Shown here piece after piece: positions 47,481 to 58,094 of a DNA stretch of 64,000 nt. This DNA comes from Patescibacteria group bacterium. Lineage in GTDB: Bacteria; Patescibacteriota; WWE3; UBA101185; UBA10185. Numbering within the stretch: the stretch's first letter is position 1; the number at the start of each line of letters is the position of its first letter. The notes under the pieces were generated by a model. That model saw only the letters and a list, made by a program, of their open reading frames with translations, searched no databases and had not been told where the DNA came from. The DNA lies in contig JBMORU010000001.1 of the NCBI GenBank assembly GCA_049322215.1, positions 580,023-644,022 on the forward strand. Direction: 5' to 3'. The translations under genes and the position numbers were made by a program.

Positions 47481-48398
47481 ATGAATGGTACATTTCACGA
47501 ACCTGTATTGCTTAACGAAGTTTTACATTTTTTAGATGTAAAACCCGGGAAAAAGTATATTGACTGCACTTTAGGGGATGCCGGGCACACTATAGAAATT
47601 TTAAAATTAGGTGGTAAAGTGCTGGGTTTTGATTATAGCGAAGAATCCATATCAAGAGCTGAAAACCGCATATCACAGTTAGGATTAAAAGAAAATTTTA
47701 AGGCAGTACAAAAGAACTTTAAAAATATTGATACAGTGGCCAGTGAAAATGACTTCGACGTAGTTGAGGGTGTGCTTTTTGACTTAGGATACAGTTCTTA
47801 TCAACTCGACAAAGGGGAAAAAGGCTTATCTTTTTTAAGAAATGAAAATTTAGATATGCGTTTATCTAATGAGTTTACAGTCACGGCTGCTGATTTAATT
47901 AATGCTTTGCCCGAAACCGAACTTGTTCGTTTGTTTAGAGTTTATGGAGAAGAGATTTTAGCTAAAAGGTTTGCAAGTGCAATAGTTAAAGCTCGTAGGT
48001 TGAAGAAGCTTACGTCTACCAAGGATCTTACAGATATATTGGTAAAAGAAGCTCCTCCAGGTTATGAGCATAAAAGGATTCATCCTGCAACTCGTGTGTT
48101 TCAAGCACTCCGAATTGCAGTAAATGATGAGCTTGAAAGCTTAAAAGTGTCACTGCCCCGTGCCGCGCACTTACTAAGGAGTCCTTTAACGGATTCTGAA
48201 GGCTCTATACTGCCTGGCGGGCGAATGCTTGTTATTACTTTTCATTCGCTCGAAGATAGAGTGGTCAAAAACTTTGGTCAAAGTGCGCGGCATACGATTA
48301 AGCTTGTAAATGAAAAGCTTGTCGTTCCTGGGGAGAAAGAACTTGAATTTAATAGGAGATCCAGAAGTGCAAAAATGCGCGTTTTCGAAAAAATTTAA
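47481..48398 (+). CDS. rsmH: 16S rRNA (cytosine1402-N4)-methyltransferase RsmH (MraW)
   Basis: HEPVLLNEVLHFLDVKPGKKYIDCTLGDAGHT, FDLGYSSYQLD and ITFHSLEDRVVK. The start was set to the ATG at 47481 just after the mraZ stop. Confidence 0.85.
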   Translation: MNGTFHEPVLLNEVLHFLDVKPGKKYIDCTLGDAGHTIEILKLGGKVLGFDYSEESISRAENRISQLGLKENFKAVQKNFKNIDTVASENDFDVVEGVLFDLGYSSYQLDKGEKGLSFLRNENLDMRLSNEFTVTAADLINALPETELVRLFRVYGEEILAKRFASAIVKARRLKKLTSTKDLTDILVKEAPPGYEHKRIHPATRVFQALRIAVNDELESLKVSLPRAAHLLRSPLTDSEGSILPGGRMLVITFHSLEDRVVKNFGQSARHTIKLVNEKLVVPGEKELEFNRRSRSAKMRVFEKI

Positions 48399-48405
48399 TA
48401 GGGAA

Positions 48406-48729
48406 TTGAATATAGGTTGGTTACAAAATAAGTACTCTCTTTGCAAGTTTGCTGCCAGACTTTCATTTTTGTTTTTAATAGTGAGTTTATTCGCTCAAAT
48501 ATATGTGACTAATAAAGCTGCAGTCAAAAGTGTTGATATGGGTGATTTAGCTTCGTCAAAGGTACAATTAGAAAAAGACATTCAAACATTAAATCTTAAA
48601 TTGTCTGAAGTTTCTTCTTTATCTTATATTGAAGCAAAAGCTCTTGCCAATGGGTTTGTACCTCAAGAAGGTGCTGTTCAGGTTTTAGGGCCTATACCGT
48701 TTGCTGCTGCTACACCGTCATCTTTGTAG
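48406..48729 (+). CDS. ftsL: Cell division protein FtsL-like (bitopic, coiled-coil)
   Basis: Position between rsmH and ftsI, with a single TM (LSFLFLIVSLFAQIYV) and a short periplasmic coiled coil. The start is uncertain: there is no in-frame ATG after the rsmH stop, so TTG at 48406 is assumed. Confidence 0.5.
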   Translation: MNIGWLQNKYSLCKFAARLSFLFLIVSLFAQIYVTNKAAVKSVDMGDLASSKVQLEKDIQTLNLKLSEVSSLSYIEAKALANGFVPQEGAVQVLGPIPFAAATPSSL

Positions 48730-48730
48730 T

Positions 48731-50509
48731 ATGAAATATCACAAAAACAGACTATCACAACCTAAATCATCTAATAAGTTAACTTTTTTATTTGTTGGGG
48801 TTGTTTTTGTTCAAGTTGTGTTTATACTTCGTTTGTTTCAACTTCAGGTTCTTCAGCATGCTAAATATACTGCCTTAGCTAATGATCAACACTGGGAGCT
48901 GCAAGATATTCCAGCTGTTAGAGGTACAATACTAAGCCGAAATGGTTACCCCTTGGCTTCTAATCAACCTTCTTATCTTATGTATGGTAATCCTAAATTA
49001 ATTGAGGATCCTTTATATACGGCAGACGAATTAGCTAAAGTAGTCGCCAAATTAAAATCCAAGTCAGATTCTGAGTTTTTAGAGTTACACACGCATTACA
49101 AAAATAAATACTATGACTATTTACAGTCTGAACACTTTTGGGTGGCTCTAGAAAGAAATTTATCCATAATTGAAAAGACCAAAATCGAAGAAGAGAACTT
49201 AGCAGGTATAGGATTTGAAAAAGGTGCTTCAAGACATTACCCTGAAGGTACCCTCGCAGCACACGTTTTGGGTTTTGTTGCCAGTGATGAATTTGGTGAA
49301 AGACAAGGTTACTATGGCATTGAAGGTAGATTTAATGGAGAGCTTAAAGGGAAACCGGGAAGAATTATAGAAGAGCGTGATGCTACTGGCACACCAATAC
49401 TTGTAGGTGACTTTAAAAAAGTTGATCCAATAAAGGGTAGAGATGTTGTACTAACAATTGATAGGGCAGTTCAGTATGTTGTAGAAAAAAGATTAAAAGA
49501 AGGTGTAGAGAAGTATGGGGCTTTAGCTGGGTCGGTTATAGTCATGAATCCTTTAAACGGTGATGTTTTAGCTATGGCCAACTATCCTACTTATGACCCT
49601 TTAAATTTTAATGACTTTCTAGACACCGAAGAGTCTGACGGTTACACAATTGAACGAAAAAACTTAAGTGTTTCTGAAACATACGAACCGGGATCAGTGA
49701 TAAAAGCTTTAACTGTGTCTGCAGGTATTGACTCCGGAAAAATCACCCCTTATTCAACTTTTGAAGATCTTGGCCCTGTAACTTATTCAGGATATACAAT
49801 TGATAATTGGGATTTAAAGCACCATGGTACTCAAAACATGTTTGATTTATTGAAAAAGTCGAACAACATAGGTTCTGCCTGGGTAGGACATGTGCTAGGG
49901 GCAGATTTATTATCTAAGTATTTTGACTCTTTTGGTTTAGGTACGAAAACAGGTATAGAATTAGAAGGTGAAGATACCGGCATTATTAGGGATTCAGGTG
50001 AGTGGACAGACATTGATTTAGCTACGGCTGCCTTCGGTCAAGGTATTTCGGCAACACCATTACAGGTTTTAAATGCATTTAATGCCTTGGCAAATAGTGG
50101 TAGATTAATGCAGCCACGTATAGTTTTGCAAGTAGTTGAAGAAGATGAAACAATTGATATTGCTTCAAAGGAGTTAGGGTATCCTATTTCTGAAGAGACC
50201 GCAGAGACAATGGTAAGTATGCTAACCGAAGCTGTTGCAGATGGCGAATCAAAGTATTTTAATTTAGAAGATTACAAAATTGCCGGAAAAACAGGTACTG
50301 CACAAATTCCTGTTGATGGTAAATACGACCCAAGCAAAACTAATGTTACTTTTGTTGGGTTTTTACCCACAAGTAGAAGATTTTCTATGTTAGTACATTT
50401 AAATCAGCCATCCTCAAGTATATACGCAGCAGAGACCGCAGTACCTTTGTGGATGCAAATTACTGATGATTTGGTTAAGTACTACGGTGTTCCTCCTGAT
50501 GACATATAA
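48731..50509 (+). CDS. ftsI: Class B penicillin-binding protein (FtsI/PBP2-type transpeptidase)
   Basis: SxxK (SVIK), SxN (SNN) and KTG (KTGTA) motifs in order. N-terminal TM. The start was set to the ATG at 48731. Confidence 0.8.
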   Translation: MKYHKNRLSQPKSSNKLTFLFVGVVFVQVVFILRLFQLQVLQHAKYTALANDQHWELQDIPAVRGTILSRNGYPLASNQPSYLMYGNPKLIEDPLYTADELAKVVAKLKSKSDSEFLELHTHYKNKYYDYLQSEHFWVALERNLSIIEKTKIEEENLAGIGFEKGASRHYPEGTLAAHVLGFVASDEFGERQGYYGIEGRFNGELKGKPGRIIEERDATGTPILVGDFKKVDPIKGRDVVLTIDRAVQYVVEKRLKEGVEKYGALAGSVIVMNPLNGDVLAMANYPTYDPLNFNDFLDTEESDGYTIERKNLSVSETYEPGSVIKALTVSAGIDSGKITPYSTFEDLGPVTYSGYTIDNWDLKHHGTQNMFDLLKKSNNIGSAWVGHVLGADLLSKYFDSFGLGTKTGIELEGEDTGIIRDSGEWTDIDLATAAFGQGISATPLQVLNAFNALANSGRLMQPRIVLQVVEEDETIDIASKELGYPISEETAETMVSMLTEAVADGESKYFNLEDYKIAGKTGTAQIPVDGKYDPSKTNVTFVGFLPTSRRFSMLVHLNQPSSSIYAAETAVPLWMQITDDLVKYYGVPPDDI

Positions 50510-50571
50510 ATTCTAATTTACATAGAATTCTTTTTATTTCGCATTTTCTTTAAAAATAGTATTAGTTTAAT

Positions 50572-50916
50572 ATGAACCGTACTAAAGGCGCTTTTGGGGA
50601 AAACATTGCCAAAAATTATTTGGAATCCTTAGGTATGAAAGTTTTATGCCTTAACTGGACATGCCACTGGGGAGAGTTAGATATTATAGCTAAAGAAGGT
50701 ATTGTTTTAGTCTTTGTTGAGGTGAAATACCGTACTAGTTTAAAGTATGGCCAACCATATGAGGCTCTAACTTATAAAAAGCGAGCAAACTTACAGAGAT
50801 CTATAAATTTTTACTTAACTAAGCAACATGTGCAAATGTGGAGGCTCGATTTTATTTCTATTACTAAACTGCAAGGAAACTATAAAATACTATACTATCC
50901 TAGTTTTCCTCTGTAG
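50572..50916 (+). CDS. yraN: YraN-family (UPF0102) putative endonuclease
   Basis: FGENIAKNYLESLGMKVL..NW.C..GELDIIAKEG..LVFVEVKYR...YG.PYEALT.KK. Confidence 0.7.
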   Translation: MNRTKGAFGENIAKNYLESLGMKVLCLNWTCHWGELDIIAKEGIVLVFVEVKYRTSLKYGQPYEALTYKKRANLQRSINFYLTKQHVQMWRLDFISITKLQGNYKILYYPSFPL

Positions 50917-51994
50917 GAGTTTCTTTAGCTTGTGGTATAACTTCTTGTCCTGTAGAGGTTGGTGTGTCTTCATAATTTAAGTCGTTAAGCTTGGCATTCA
51001 AAACTTCTTGAAACTTTTTGTAGCCGTTTTCATTTTCTACCAAAACCCAGGCACCACCATAATCTTCTAAAGGTGGATTATAAAGATATTCACCATCTAA
51101 ATATAAGGATTCAATTTCATAAAGGTCTTTGTCTTTATATAAGTCCCAAAGTAATTTGGCTTTATCTAGTGATAAACTAGTAATCATTTTATTTGTAGTT
51201 ACTAACTTAAAAGCTTCTTCTACAACCATAGGGTTGAAAATGCTTTCAGGGGATGTAACTGCATCGAGCATTCCCTTTAGTATTAAATGTTGTCTTCGCA
51301 TTCTCATCCAATCGCTTCCTTCTCCATTATCACCCTTTCGGCTCCTTGCATATATCAAGGCTCTTTCTCCAGTTAATTTTTCAGCGCCTGCTGTGAATTC
51401 TATTGTCTGATATTCTTTTGTTTCGTCTACTGGATAGCTGGTATCTACGAAGGTTCTTTCTACTGTAACTGGAACTCCTCCCATGGCATCAACTATCCAC
51501 ACGAAATCATCAAAATCTGTATAAATGTAATCGTTAATTGTAAAACCTGTAATTTCTTTTAAGCCTGCCTGAAGACTTTCCCAACCATTTTGTGTAAATA
51601 GCGCATTGATACGCCCACCATTTACCCATAAGTCTCTAGGAACTGAAGTTAGCACAACTTTGTTTGTTTCTGTGTTTGCAGATACTATTACGATTGTGTC
51701 TGTTCTAAAGCCCAGTTCATCTTTACTACGTCTGTCTATTCCTAGTAATACCAAAGTAACTAAGTCATCTGACCCAGTTAAGGGGTTAGTTTCTTCTGGT
51801 AACATTTTTGGTTCTTCTGTTGTTACAGAATATTTTGAAAAAACGTCAACAGGATGTGAATCTTCATTTTTTACAACTGGTGAAAATGTTTGAGTTTGTA
51901 CCTGCTCATTTTGGTTGGTTTTGTACCTTATTGCTGCAAAACCTCCAATAGTTATTAAAATAGCTATTACAAATATGAGAATTGCTGTCTTCAC
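50900..51994 (-). CDS. LytR-CpsA-Psr (LCP) family glycopolymer-to-peptidoglycan ligase
   Basis: N-terminal TM anchor, then LVLLGIDRRSKDELGFRTDTIVIVSANTETNKVVLTSVPRDLWV, which is the LCP core. Confidence 0.75.
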   Translation of the reverse strand: MKTAILIFVIAILITIGGFAAIRYKTNQNEQVQTQTFSPVVKNEDSHPVDVFSKYSVTTEEPKMLPEETNPLTGSDDLVTLVLLGIDRRSKDELGFRTDTIVIVSANTETNKVVLTSVPRDLWVNGGRINALFTQNGWESLQAGLKEITGFTINDYIYTDFDDFVWIVDAMGGVPVTVERTFVDTSYPVDETKEYQTIEFTAGAEKLTGERALIYARSRKGDNGEGSDWMRMRRQHLILKGMLDAVTSPESIFNPMVVEEAFKLVTTNKMITSLSLDKAKLLWDLYKDKDLYEIESLYLDGEYLYNPPLEDYGGAWVLVENENGYKKFQEVLNAKLNDLNYEDTPTSTGQEVIPQAKETPTEEN

Positions 51995-52075
51995 AACATA
52001 TAGAATACTTCACTTCACTTCATTGAGCAACCCGCAGCTTTGAATTTCGAAAATGTTGCTTACAAATTCTAATTT

Positions 52076-52495
52076 ATGTATCATTTTCTTATGCACAAGA
52101 TATTAATAGTAGAAGATGACGTAGCCTTATTTAATTTATATAAAACTCAACTAGAACTTAGTGACTATAGTGTGGTTCATGTTGCCGATGGTTCTTTAGC
52201 TATTCAAACAATCAAAAGTGAACAGCCAGCTTTAGTATTATTAGACATAATGCTTCCAGGTAGAAGTGGTTTGGAAATTTTACAAGCCATAAGAGAAGAT
52301 GAGGAGATTAAAGATACAAACGTGATAATGCTAACAAACTTTGGTAATGAGGAAAATGTAAGTACAGCATTGGAGCTTGGTGCTATTGATTACATAATGA
52401 AGTATAAAATAGTTCCTACCGAGTTGGTTGAAAAAATTAGTTCCGTGCTTGGTGGGGCTGAGACAACATCTTCCATTGCAGTAACAAATACATAA
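52076..52495 (+). CDS. Single-domain response regulator (REC/CheY-like receiver only)
   Basis: KILIVEDDVALFNLY...VLLDIMLPGRSGLEIL...IMLT has the conserved D/D/K positions. No output domain. Confidence 0.75.
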   Translation: MYHFLMHKILIVEDDVALFNLYKTQLELSDYSVVHVADGSLAIQTIKSEQPALVLLDIMLPGRSGLEILQAIREDEEIKDTNVIMLTNFGNEENVSTALELGAIDYIMKYKIVPTELVEKISSVLGGAETTSSIAVTNT

Positions 52496-52527
52496 ATAAA
52501 TTTATTTCTAAGGTTGGTTAATATTAT

Positions 52528-54255
52528 TTGATGGACGCTGCCCAATTAATGTATTTTTATGTTGCCTTTGTTCTTACGACCATTTTATGTGTTGTGTTTC
52601 TTTTGCTCTTAATAAAAAGAACCCGCGCCTATAAAGAGTTATCCACTGAGTTTGAAGAGAAAACTTCTAAACTTTCTTTACGTATGTATGAAAGTACTGT
52701 TTTAGCCGAATTGAGCATAAGGTTTGGATATTCTCTAAATTTAGAATTAGTACTTCATACTGTAATTGGTTCCCTCCAAAAAATAATGCCTTATTCTGTT
52801 GCTTCTTACCTACTTTTAGATGGAAAGACCAGTAAATACAGGTTTCATTTACTTGAAAGTGTCCCTAGAAGTTATATTGATTCCTTAAAGGAAAGTATGA
52901 AAAAAGAAATGCTTAGTTTATCTGTTTCTGATATAAGCCAACGTGCCGAAGATGAAGCTATTTTTGGTCAGTTTATTAGCAGTGATGCAAAAGAAGCTAA
53001 AACCTTATTAAATATACCTTTACTTGTTAGTGGAAACGTAATGGGCATTTTAAGTATCTCTTCTACAGAAAAGGCTGCTTTTAGTAGAGGTGCTATTGAT
53101 AGTTTAGAAAATGTTTTGTCAAAGTCAACTGAGGCAGTGACCAACCTGCATGATTTAATTAAGCATGAAAAAGGAAAACTGGAAGCAATGGTTGAAAGTA
53201 TGACCGATGGTGTATTAATGATAGATTCAGAATTTCGCGTTTTGCTATCAAATCCAGCGTGCACAACTTTATTGGGAATTACCAAAAAGTCCAATTCTGC
53301 AGTACTAGACAAAATACTTAATTCTACCCAGGGAATGAAAATTAATGGCGCAAAAGGCTTTAGCATTAATATTTTTGATGTAGTCAGTAGCCTTAATACT
53401 CAATTTCCCGTAGAAGAAACTTTGGCAGAAGTCTTTGAAAAGCAGGAAACTCGTTCTGTATCAAATATCACGGTAAATGATAAGCACTTAAATGTTGTAA
53501 TAATTCCGGTTACTTTAGGGGATGATCAAAGAGGTGTTGGAATACTTATTCACGATCAATCAAAAGAATGGAAACTAAAAAAACTGAGAGAAGAATTTAC
53601 AGCCATGATAGTTCACGAGCTAAGGTCGCCTTTAACGGTTGTGTTAGGAACAGCAGATTTGTTAGAGAAGCAGTACGAAAGACTTAGCAAAGAACAAATT
53701 GAGTTATTATTAGGTCAGGTTAAAACATCTGTTTCAAGTCTATTAGCCATTGTAAATGATTTGTTGGATGCAGCTAAAATTGAAGCTGGAAAGTTTGAAG
53801 TGTTTAAAGATTCAGAACATAATCTAAACGACTTAATTACAGAGGAAGCGAGTTACTACTCAAACTTAGCTTCTGAAAAAGGTTTAACAATAGAACTTCA
53901 TTCAGATAAAAAGCTAAAACCCTTTAAGTTTGATGAAGACAAAATAAAGCAGGTAATGAACAATTTAATTTCTAACGCTATAAAATTTACTGAGCACGGA
54001 AATATTACAATAGCAACAAAAGTTTTGCATGCCCATGTTCAAGTAACTGTGGCAGATACGGGTTTGGGAATTACTGATGAAGAAAAAGAAAAACTCTTTA
54101 ATAAGTTTGTTCAGGTATCTCAAAGCAAGCATAAAGGAACAGGTTTAGGTTTAGTGGTTTCAAAAGGTATTATAGAAGGTCACGGTGGTAAAATATGGGT
54201 TGAAGATAATTTTCCTTCTGGTGCTAAATTTGTTTTTACTTTGCCCTTGGACTAA
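52528..54255 (+). CDS. Sensor histidine kinase (TM, GAF/PAS-like, HisKA, HATPase_c)
   Basis: H-box MIVHELRSPLT, N-box NLISNAIKFT and G-boxes DTGLGI / GTGLGLVVSKGIIEGHGGKIWVE. Confidence 0.8.
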   Translation: MMDAAQLMYFYVAFVLTTILCVVFLLLLIKRTRAYKELSTEFEEKTSKLSLRMYESTVLAELSIRFGYSLNLELVLHTVIGSLQKIMPYSVASYLLLDGKTSKYRFHLLESVPRSYIDSLKESMKKEMLSLSVSDISQRAEDEAIFGQFISSDAKEAKTLLNIPLLVSGNVMGILSISSTEKAAFSRGAIDSLENVLSKSTEAVTNLHDLIKHEKGKLEAMVESMTDGVLMIDSEFRVLLSNPACTTLLGITKKSNSAVLDKILNSTQGMKINGAKGFSINIFDVVSSLNTQFPVEETLAEVFEKQETRSVSNITVNDKHLNVVIIPVTLGDDQRGVGILIHDQSKEWKLKKLREEFTAMIVHELRSPLTVVLGTADLLEKQYERLSKEQIELLLGQVKTSVSSLLAIVNDLLDAAKIEAGKFEVFKDSEHNLNDLITEEASYYSNLASEKGLTIELHSDKKLKPFKFDEDKIKQVMNNLISNAIKFTEHGNITIATKVLHAHVQVTVADTGLGITDEEKEKLFNKFVQVSQSKHKGTGLGLVVSKGIIEGHGGKIWVEDNFPSGAKFVFTLPLD

Positions 54256-54264
54256 TATAAAGTT

Positions 54265-55668
54265 ATGAAAATCCCTGCCTCTATTTTCAGATCTTATGAT
54301 ATACGTGGTATTTATCCCGATGCTTTAAATGAGGAAAACATTGAGCATATAGGCAAGGCTTTTGGTACTTTTCTGGTAAGAAAAGGGTTAAAAAAAGTTG
54401 TTGTAGGTCGTGATAATAGAGAAAGTTCCCCAACTCTAAGTGAGTCTTTTATTTCCGGTTTGTTAAGTACTGGCTGCAATGTTACTGATATTGGTATTAG
54501 CTTAACTCCTATAATACATTTTTTAACATGTGTGAAACATTTTGACGCTGGTGTTTGCGTAACTGCGAGTCATAATCCTAAAGAATACAACGGGTTGCGT
54601 ATGGACTATGCGAAAGCAGTATCTTTTTATGGTGATGATATAACTAAACTGCGGGATATTGCCTTACGAGAGGATTATGTTACTGGCAAAGGTAGTTTAC
54701 AAGAGGAAAACTTATCTGATTTGTACATAGACTATATTGCTAAAAGATTTAGCTTTAACGGCGTTCGCGTTGCGATAGACTGTGGTAATGGTACCTCGAG
54801 TTATTTTGCAGAGAAAATATTTAGTCGCATTGGTTGTGATGTTAAAACTTTATATTGCGAACCCAATTCTACTTTTCCCTTAGGTGTACCTGACCCTGAG
54901 AGAAAATCATTTATGAATATTTTAGAGGAATCTGTTAAAGAAAATGATGTAGATATAGGCATTGCCTTTGACAACGACGTTGATCGTTTTGGTGTAGTGG
55001 ATGAAACTGGTGTGTCTTATGAAACTGATAAATTGTTATTACTACTAGCTGAATCTGTTCTTGAACACACGAAGGGAGCAACAATTGTTTACGATGTTAA
55101 GTGCACAGGCTTGCTTGAAAAATACATTAAAGACGCAGGCGGTGTTGCTAAAATTTTACGTACAGGACATCCTTATATAACACAAGCTGTACAAGCAGGT
55201 GCACTTTTAGGTGGAGAATTTTCAGGGCATGTGGTTTTTGGTGGACAATATTTTGGCTACGATGACGGTATTTACTCAGCATGTAAAGTTATTGAGGTTA
55301 TGCAAAATAAAGAAAAACCACTATCTGAGCTTATGAGTAAGTATCCAAAGTTGGCGCATACTTCTGAAATAAAGGTACCAAGCCCAGATGATAAAAAGTT
55401 TAAGATTATTGAGGATGTTGTTGCTGCGCTTATGACTACTAAAGAAGTTAGGAGTGTAATAAGTGTTGATGGTGTTAGGGTTAGAATAAATGAAACAGGG
55501 TGGTTTTTAATAAGAGCTTCTAATACTACTCCAGTTTTATCTGTTAGAGTTGAGGGTAAAGACGAAAATGAGGTTAATCAGCTATTAGAAATGGTTAGAA
55601 TAATACTATCTCCTTATGATGACTTAGATGTAACTGTATTAGATCAGGCACAAATTTATTTTTCCTAA
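54265..55668 (+). CDS. Phosphomannomutase/phosphoglucomutase (alpha-D-phosphohexomutase)
   Basis: Active-site TASHNPKEYNG, the Mg loop FDNDVDR, and the GEFSGH sugar-binding loop. Confidence 0.8.
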   Translation: MKIPASIFRSYDIRGIYPDALNEENIEHIGKAFGTFLVRKGLKKVVVGRDNRESSPTLSESFISGLLSTGCNVTDIGISLTPIIHFLTCVKHFDAGVCVTASHNPKEYNGLRMDYAKAVSFYGDDITKLRDIALREDYVTGKGSLQEENLSDLYIDYIAKRFSFNGVRVAIDCGNGTSSYFAEKIFSRIGCDVKTLYCEPNSTFPLGVPDPERKSFMNILEESVKENDVDIGIAFDNDVDRFGVVDETGVSYETDKLLLLLAESVLEHTKGATIVYDVKCTGLLEKYIKDAGGVAKILRTGHPYITQAVQAGALLGGEFSGHVVFGGQYFGYDDGIYSACKVIEVMQNKEKPLSELMSKYPKLAHTSEIKVPSPDDKKFKIIEDVVAALMTTKEVRSVISVDGVRVRINETGWFLIRASNTTPVLSVRVEGKDENEVNQLLEMVRIILSPYDDLDVTVLDQAQIYFS

Positions 55669-55711
55669 CTTAATGCTTCACCCCTAAGATTGTTTTTGTT
55701 AAACTTATTTC

Positions 55712-58024
55712 ATGAGTAAAAATACTGCCCAAGTGTTATGGTTTTCAGAGATAAACAAAAAAGATATTCCTTTAGTAGGCGGTAAAGGCGCGAATTTAGG
55801 TGAAATGTATAACGCTGATATTCCAGTACCCAACGGCTTTGTTGTTACTTCTCATGCTTATTTCGAATTTTTAAAAGGAACCTCGTTAAAACATAAGATA
55901 CAAACTGAATTAACAGGATTAGATGTTAGTGATGCTAAAAAACTAGCAGCTGCATCAAAAACTATTAAAACAGCGATTTTAGCAGCTAAAATGCCCGATG
56001 AATTGCAAGAAGATATAAAGCTAAACTACCACCGTTTATCGGGTGAGTTTGATCGCAGAGTTGCTGTTAGGTCTTCTGCAACAGCTGAAGATTTACCTGA
56101 TGCATCTTTTGCAGGACAGCAAGAAACCTATTTAAATATTGTTGGTCATGCCGATGTTATTAAGCATGTGCAAATGTGTTGGGCATCTTTATTTGAATCT
56201 CGTGCTATTTTTTATAGAACCGAAAAAGGCTTTAGTCACTTTAAAGTTGGTATAGCTGTTCCAGTTCAATTAATGGTTCAATCTGAAGTATCAGGGATTA
56301 TGTTTACAGTAAATCCTTTAACCAATAGTAGAGAAGAAGTATCTATAGAAGCTGCTTTTGGTTTAGGACAACCAATTGTATCTGGAGAAATTACACCAGA
56401 TCAATTCATTGTAAATAAGAAATCAAAAAAAATAACCAGCAAACATATAGTTAAACAAACATGGCAGTACACTTTAGCTGGTGAAACACCAATTTCAAAA
56501 AAATATCAGGAAATGCAAAAACTTCAGGATGATTTGGTAGTAGAATTAGCCGAGATAGGTATGCATATAGAAGAGCACTACGGGCGCCCGCAGGATATAG
56601 AATGGGCGTACGAAAATAAGAAACTACTAATTGTTCAGTCGCGTCCTGTAACTACTTTAAATGGGGGAGATTCCAGTAAAGAAAAAAATGTTATTGATGA
56701 GGCACATCATGGAAAAGCAATTTTGGAAGGTTTAGGTGCCTCGCCAGGTGCAGCGTCTGGCCCTGTAACCATAGTTAAAAATCCTTCAGAAATCTCGAAA
56801 GTAAAAGAAGGAGATATTTTAGTTGCAGAAATGACAAACCCTGATTATGTTCCTGCTATGAGAAAGGCTTCTGCAATTTTAACTGATAAAGGTGGTAGGA
56901 CATCTCACGCTGCGATAGTTAGTCGCGAATTAGGTATTCCTGCAGTTGTAGGTTCGTCTAATGCAACCACGCTGCTTCGTAAAGGTGAAGTTATAACAGT
57001 CGATGGCGACACGGGCAGAGTATATGAAGGAAACGTGACTGTAAAAGTGGAAGTCAAAGAAACCATAACCTCCTTGGGTGGGGCTGAGGTAAAGACTGCC
57101 ACAAAAATTTATATGAACTTAGCAGAACCATTTTTAGCTGATGAAATGGCTAAACGAAACGTTGACGGTGTTGGCTTGTTACGTGCCGAATTTATGATTG
57201 CAGAAATTGGAACACATCCACGTAAATTTATTGAAGATAAAAAGCAAAAAGAGTTTGTTCATAAATTAGCCGAAGGATTAGAAACTTTTGCAAAAGCTTT
57301 CGAGCCTAGACCGGTAATTTACAGAACTACTGATTTTAGAACTAATGAATACAAAAATTTAAAAGGTGGAGCTAAATACGAAAAAGAAGAATTTAATCCA
57401 ATGATTGGGTTTAGAGGAGTTTCTAGATATTTAGCTGATGATGATGTGTTTAAACTGGAAGTAGAAGCAATTAAACATGTTAGAAATAAGTTAGGTTATA
57501 AAAATCTTCACGTAATGCTACCCTTTGTTCGAACATTAGATCAGTTAAAAGATATGAAGCACCTTTTGTCTACACTGGGTCTTAAGAGAAGTGCCTCATT
57601 TAAGTTGTGGATGATGGTTGAAATTCCTTCTAATGTGCTCTTACTAGACGAATTTATAGATATTGGAATTGATGGAGTATCAATTGGTACAAATGACTTA
57701 ACTATGTTAACCCTTGGTGTTGATAGAGATAATGAAAAAGTTGCAAAAGTTTATACTGAAATGGATCCTGCAGTTTTGAAAAGTTTAGAAATAATTGTAA
57801 CAACCTGTAAAAAGCGTGGAATAACATGTTCTATTTGTGGGCAAGCTCCGTCTGTATACCCGGAGTTAGTAGAAAAGCTTGTGGATTGGGGAATTACATC
57901 GGTTTCTGTAAGCCCTGATGTTCTTGCAAAGACCAGGGGGATAGTTTATGAAGCGGAGAAAAAGTTAGTTTCTAGTAAACATTCAAGTAAATCTTCAAAG
58001 AAGAAAAATACTTCAAAAAAGTAA
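55712..58024 (+). CDS. ppsA: Phosphoenolpyruvate synthase (pyruvate, water dikinase)
   Basis: N-terminal ATP-grasp VGGKGANLGEM, the phospho-His swivel domain GGRTSHAAIVSRELGIPAVVG, and a C-terminal PEP-utilising TIM barrel. 770 aa, with a Lys/Ser-rich tail. Confidence 0.8.
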   Translation: MSKNTAQVLWFSEINKKDIPLVGGKGANLGEMYNADIPVPNGFVVTSHAYFEFLKGTSLKHKIQTELTGLDVSDAKKLAAASKTIKTAILAAKMPDELQEDIKLNYHRLSGEFDRRVAVRSSATAEDLPDASFAGQQETYLNIVGHADVIKHVQMCWASLFESRAIFYRTEKGFSHFKVGIAVPVQLMVQSEVSGIMFTVNPLTNSREEVSIEAAFGLGQPIVSGEITPDQFIVNKKSKKITSKHIVKQTWQYTLAGETPISKKYQEMQKLQDDLVVELAEIGMHIEEHYGRPQDIEWAYENKKLLIVQSRPVTTLNGGDSSKEKNVIDEAHHGKAILEGLGASPGAASGPVTIVKNPSEISKVKEGDILVAEMTNPDYVPAMRKASAILTDKGGRTSHAAIVSRELGIPAVVGSSNATTLLRKGEVITVDGDTGRVYEGNVTVKVEVKETITSLGGAEVKTATKIYMNLAEPFLADEMAKRNVDGVGLLRAEFMIAEIGTHPRKFIEDKKQKEFVHKLAEGLETFAKAFEPRPVIYRTTDFRTNEYKNLKGGAKYEKEEFNPMIGFRGVSRYLADDDVFKLEVEAIKHVRNKLGYKNLHVMLPFVRTLDQLKDMKHLLSTLGLKRSASFKLWMMVEIPSNVLLLDEFIDIGIDGVSIGTNDLTMLTLGVDRDNEKVAKVYTEMDPAVLKSLEIIVTTCKKRGITCSICGQAPSVYPELVEKLVDWGITSVSVSPDVLAKTRGIVYEAEKKLVSSKHSSKSSKKKNTSKK

Positions 58025-58094
58025 AAATTAATTACTACATCCATTTGTGTATAATGAGTTTAGTTACCTTTATTAACTATATTAAGGAGAGAAA

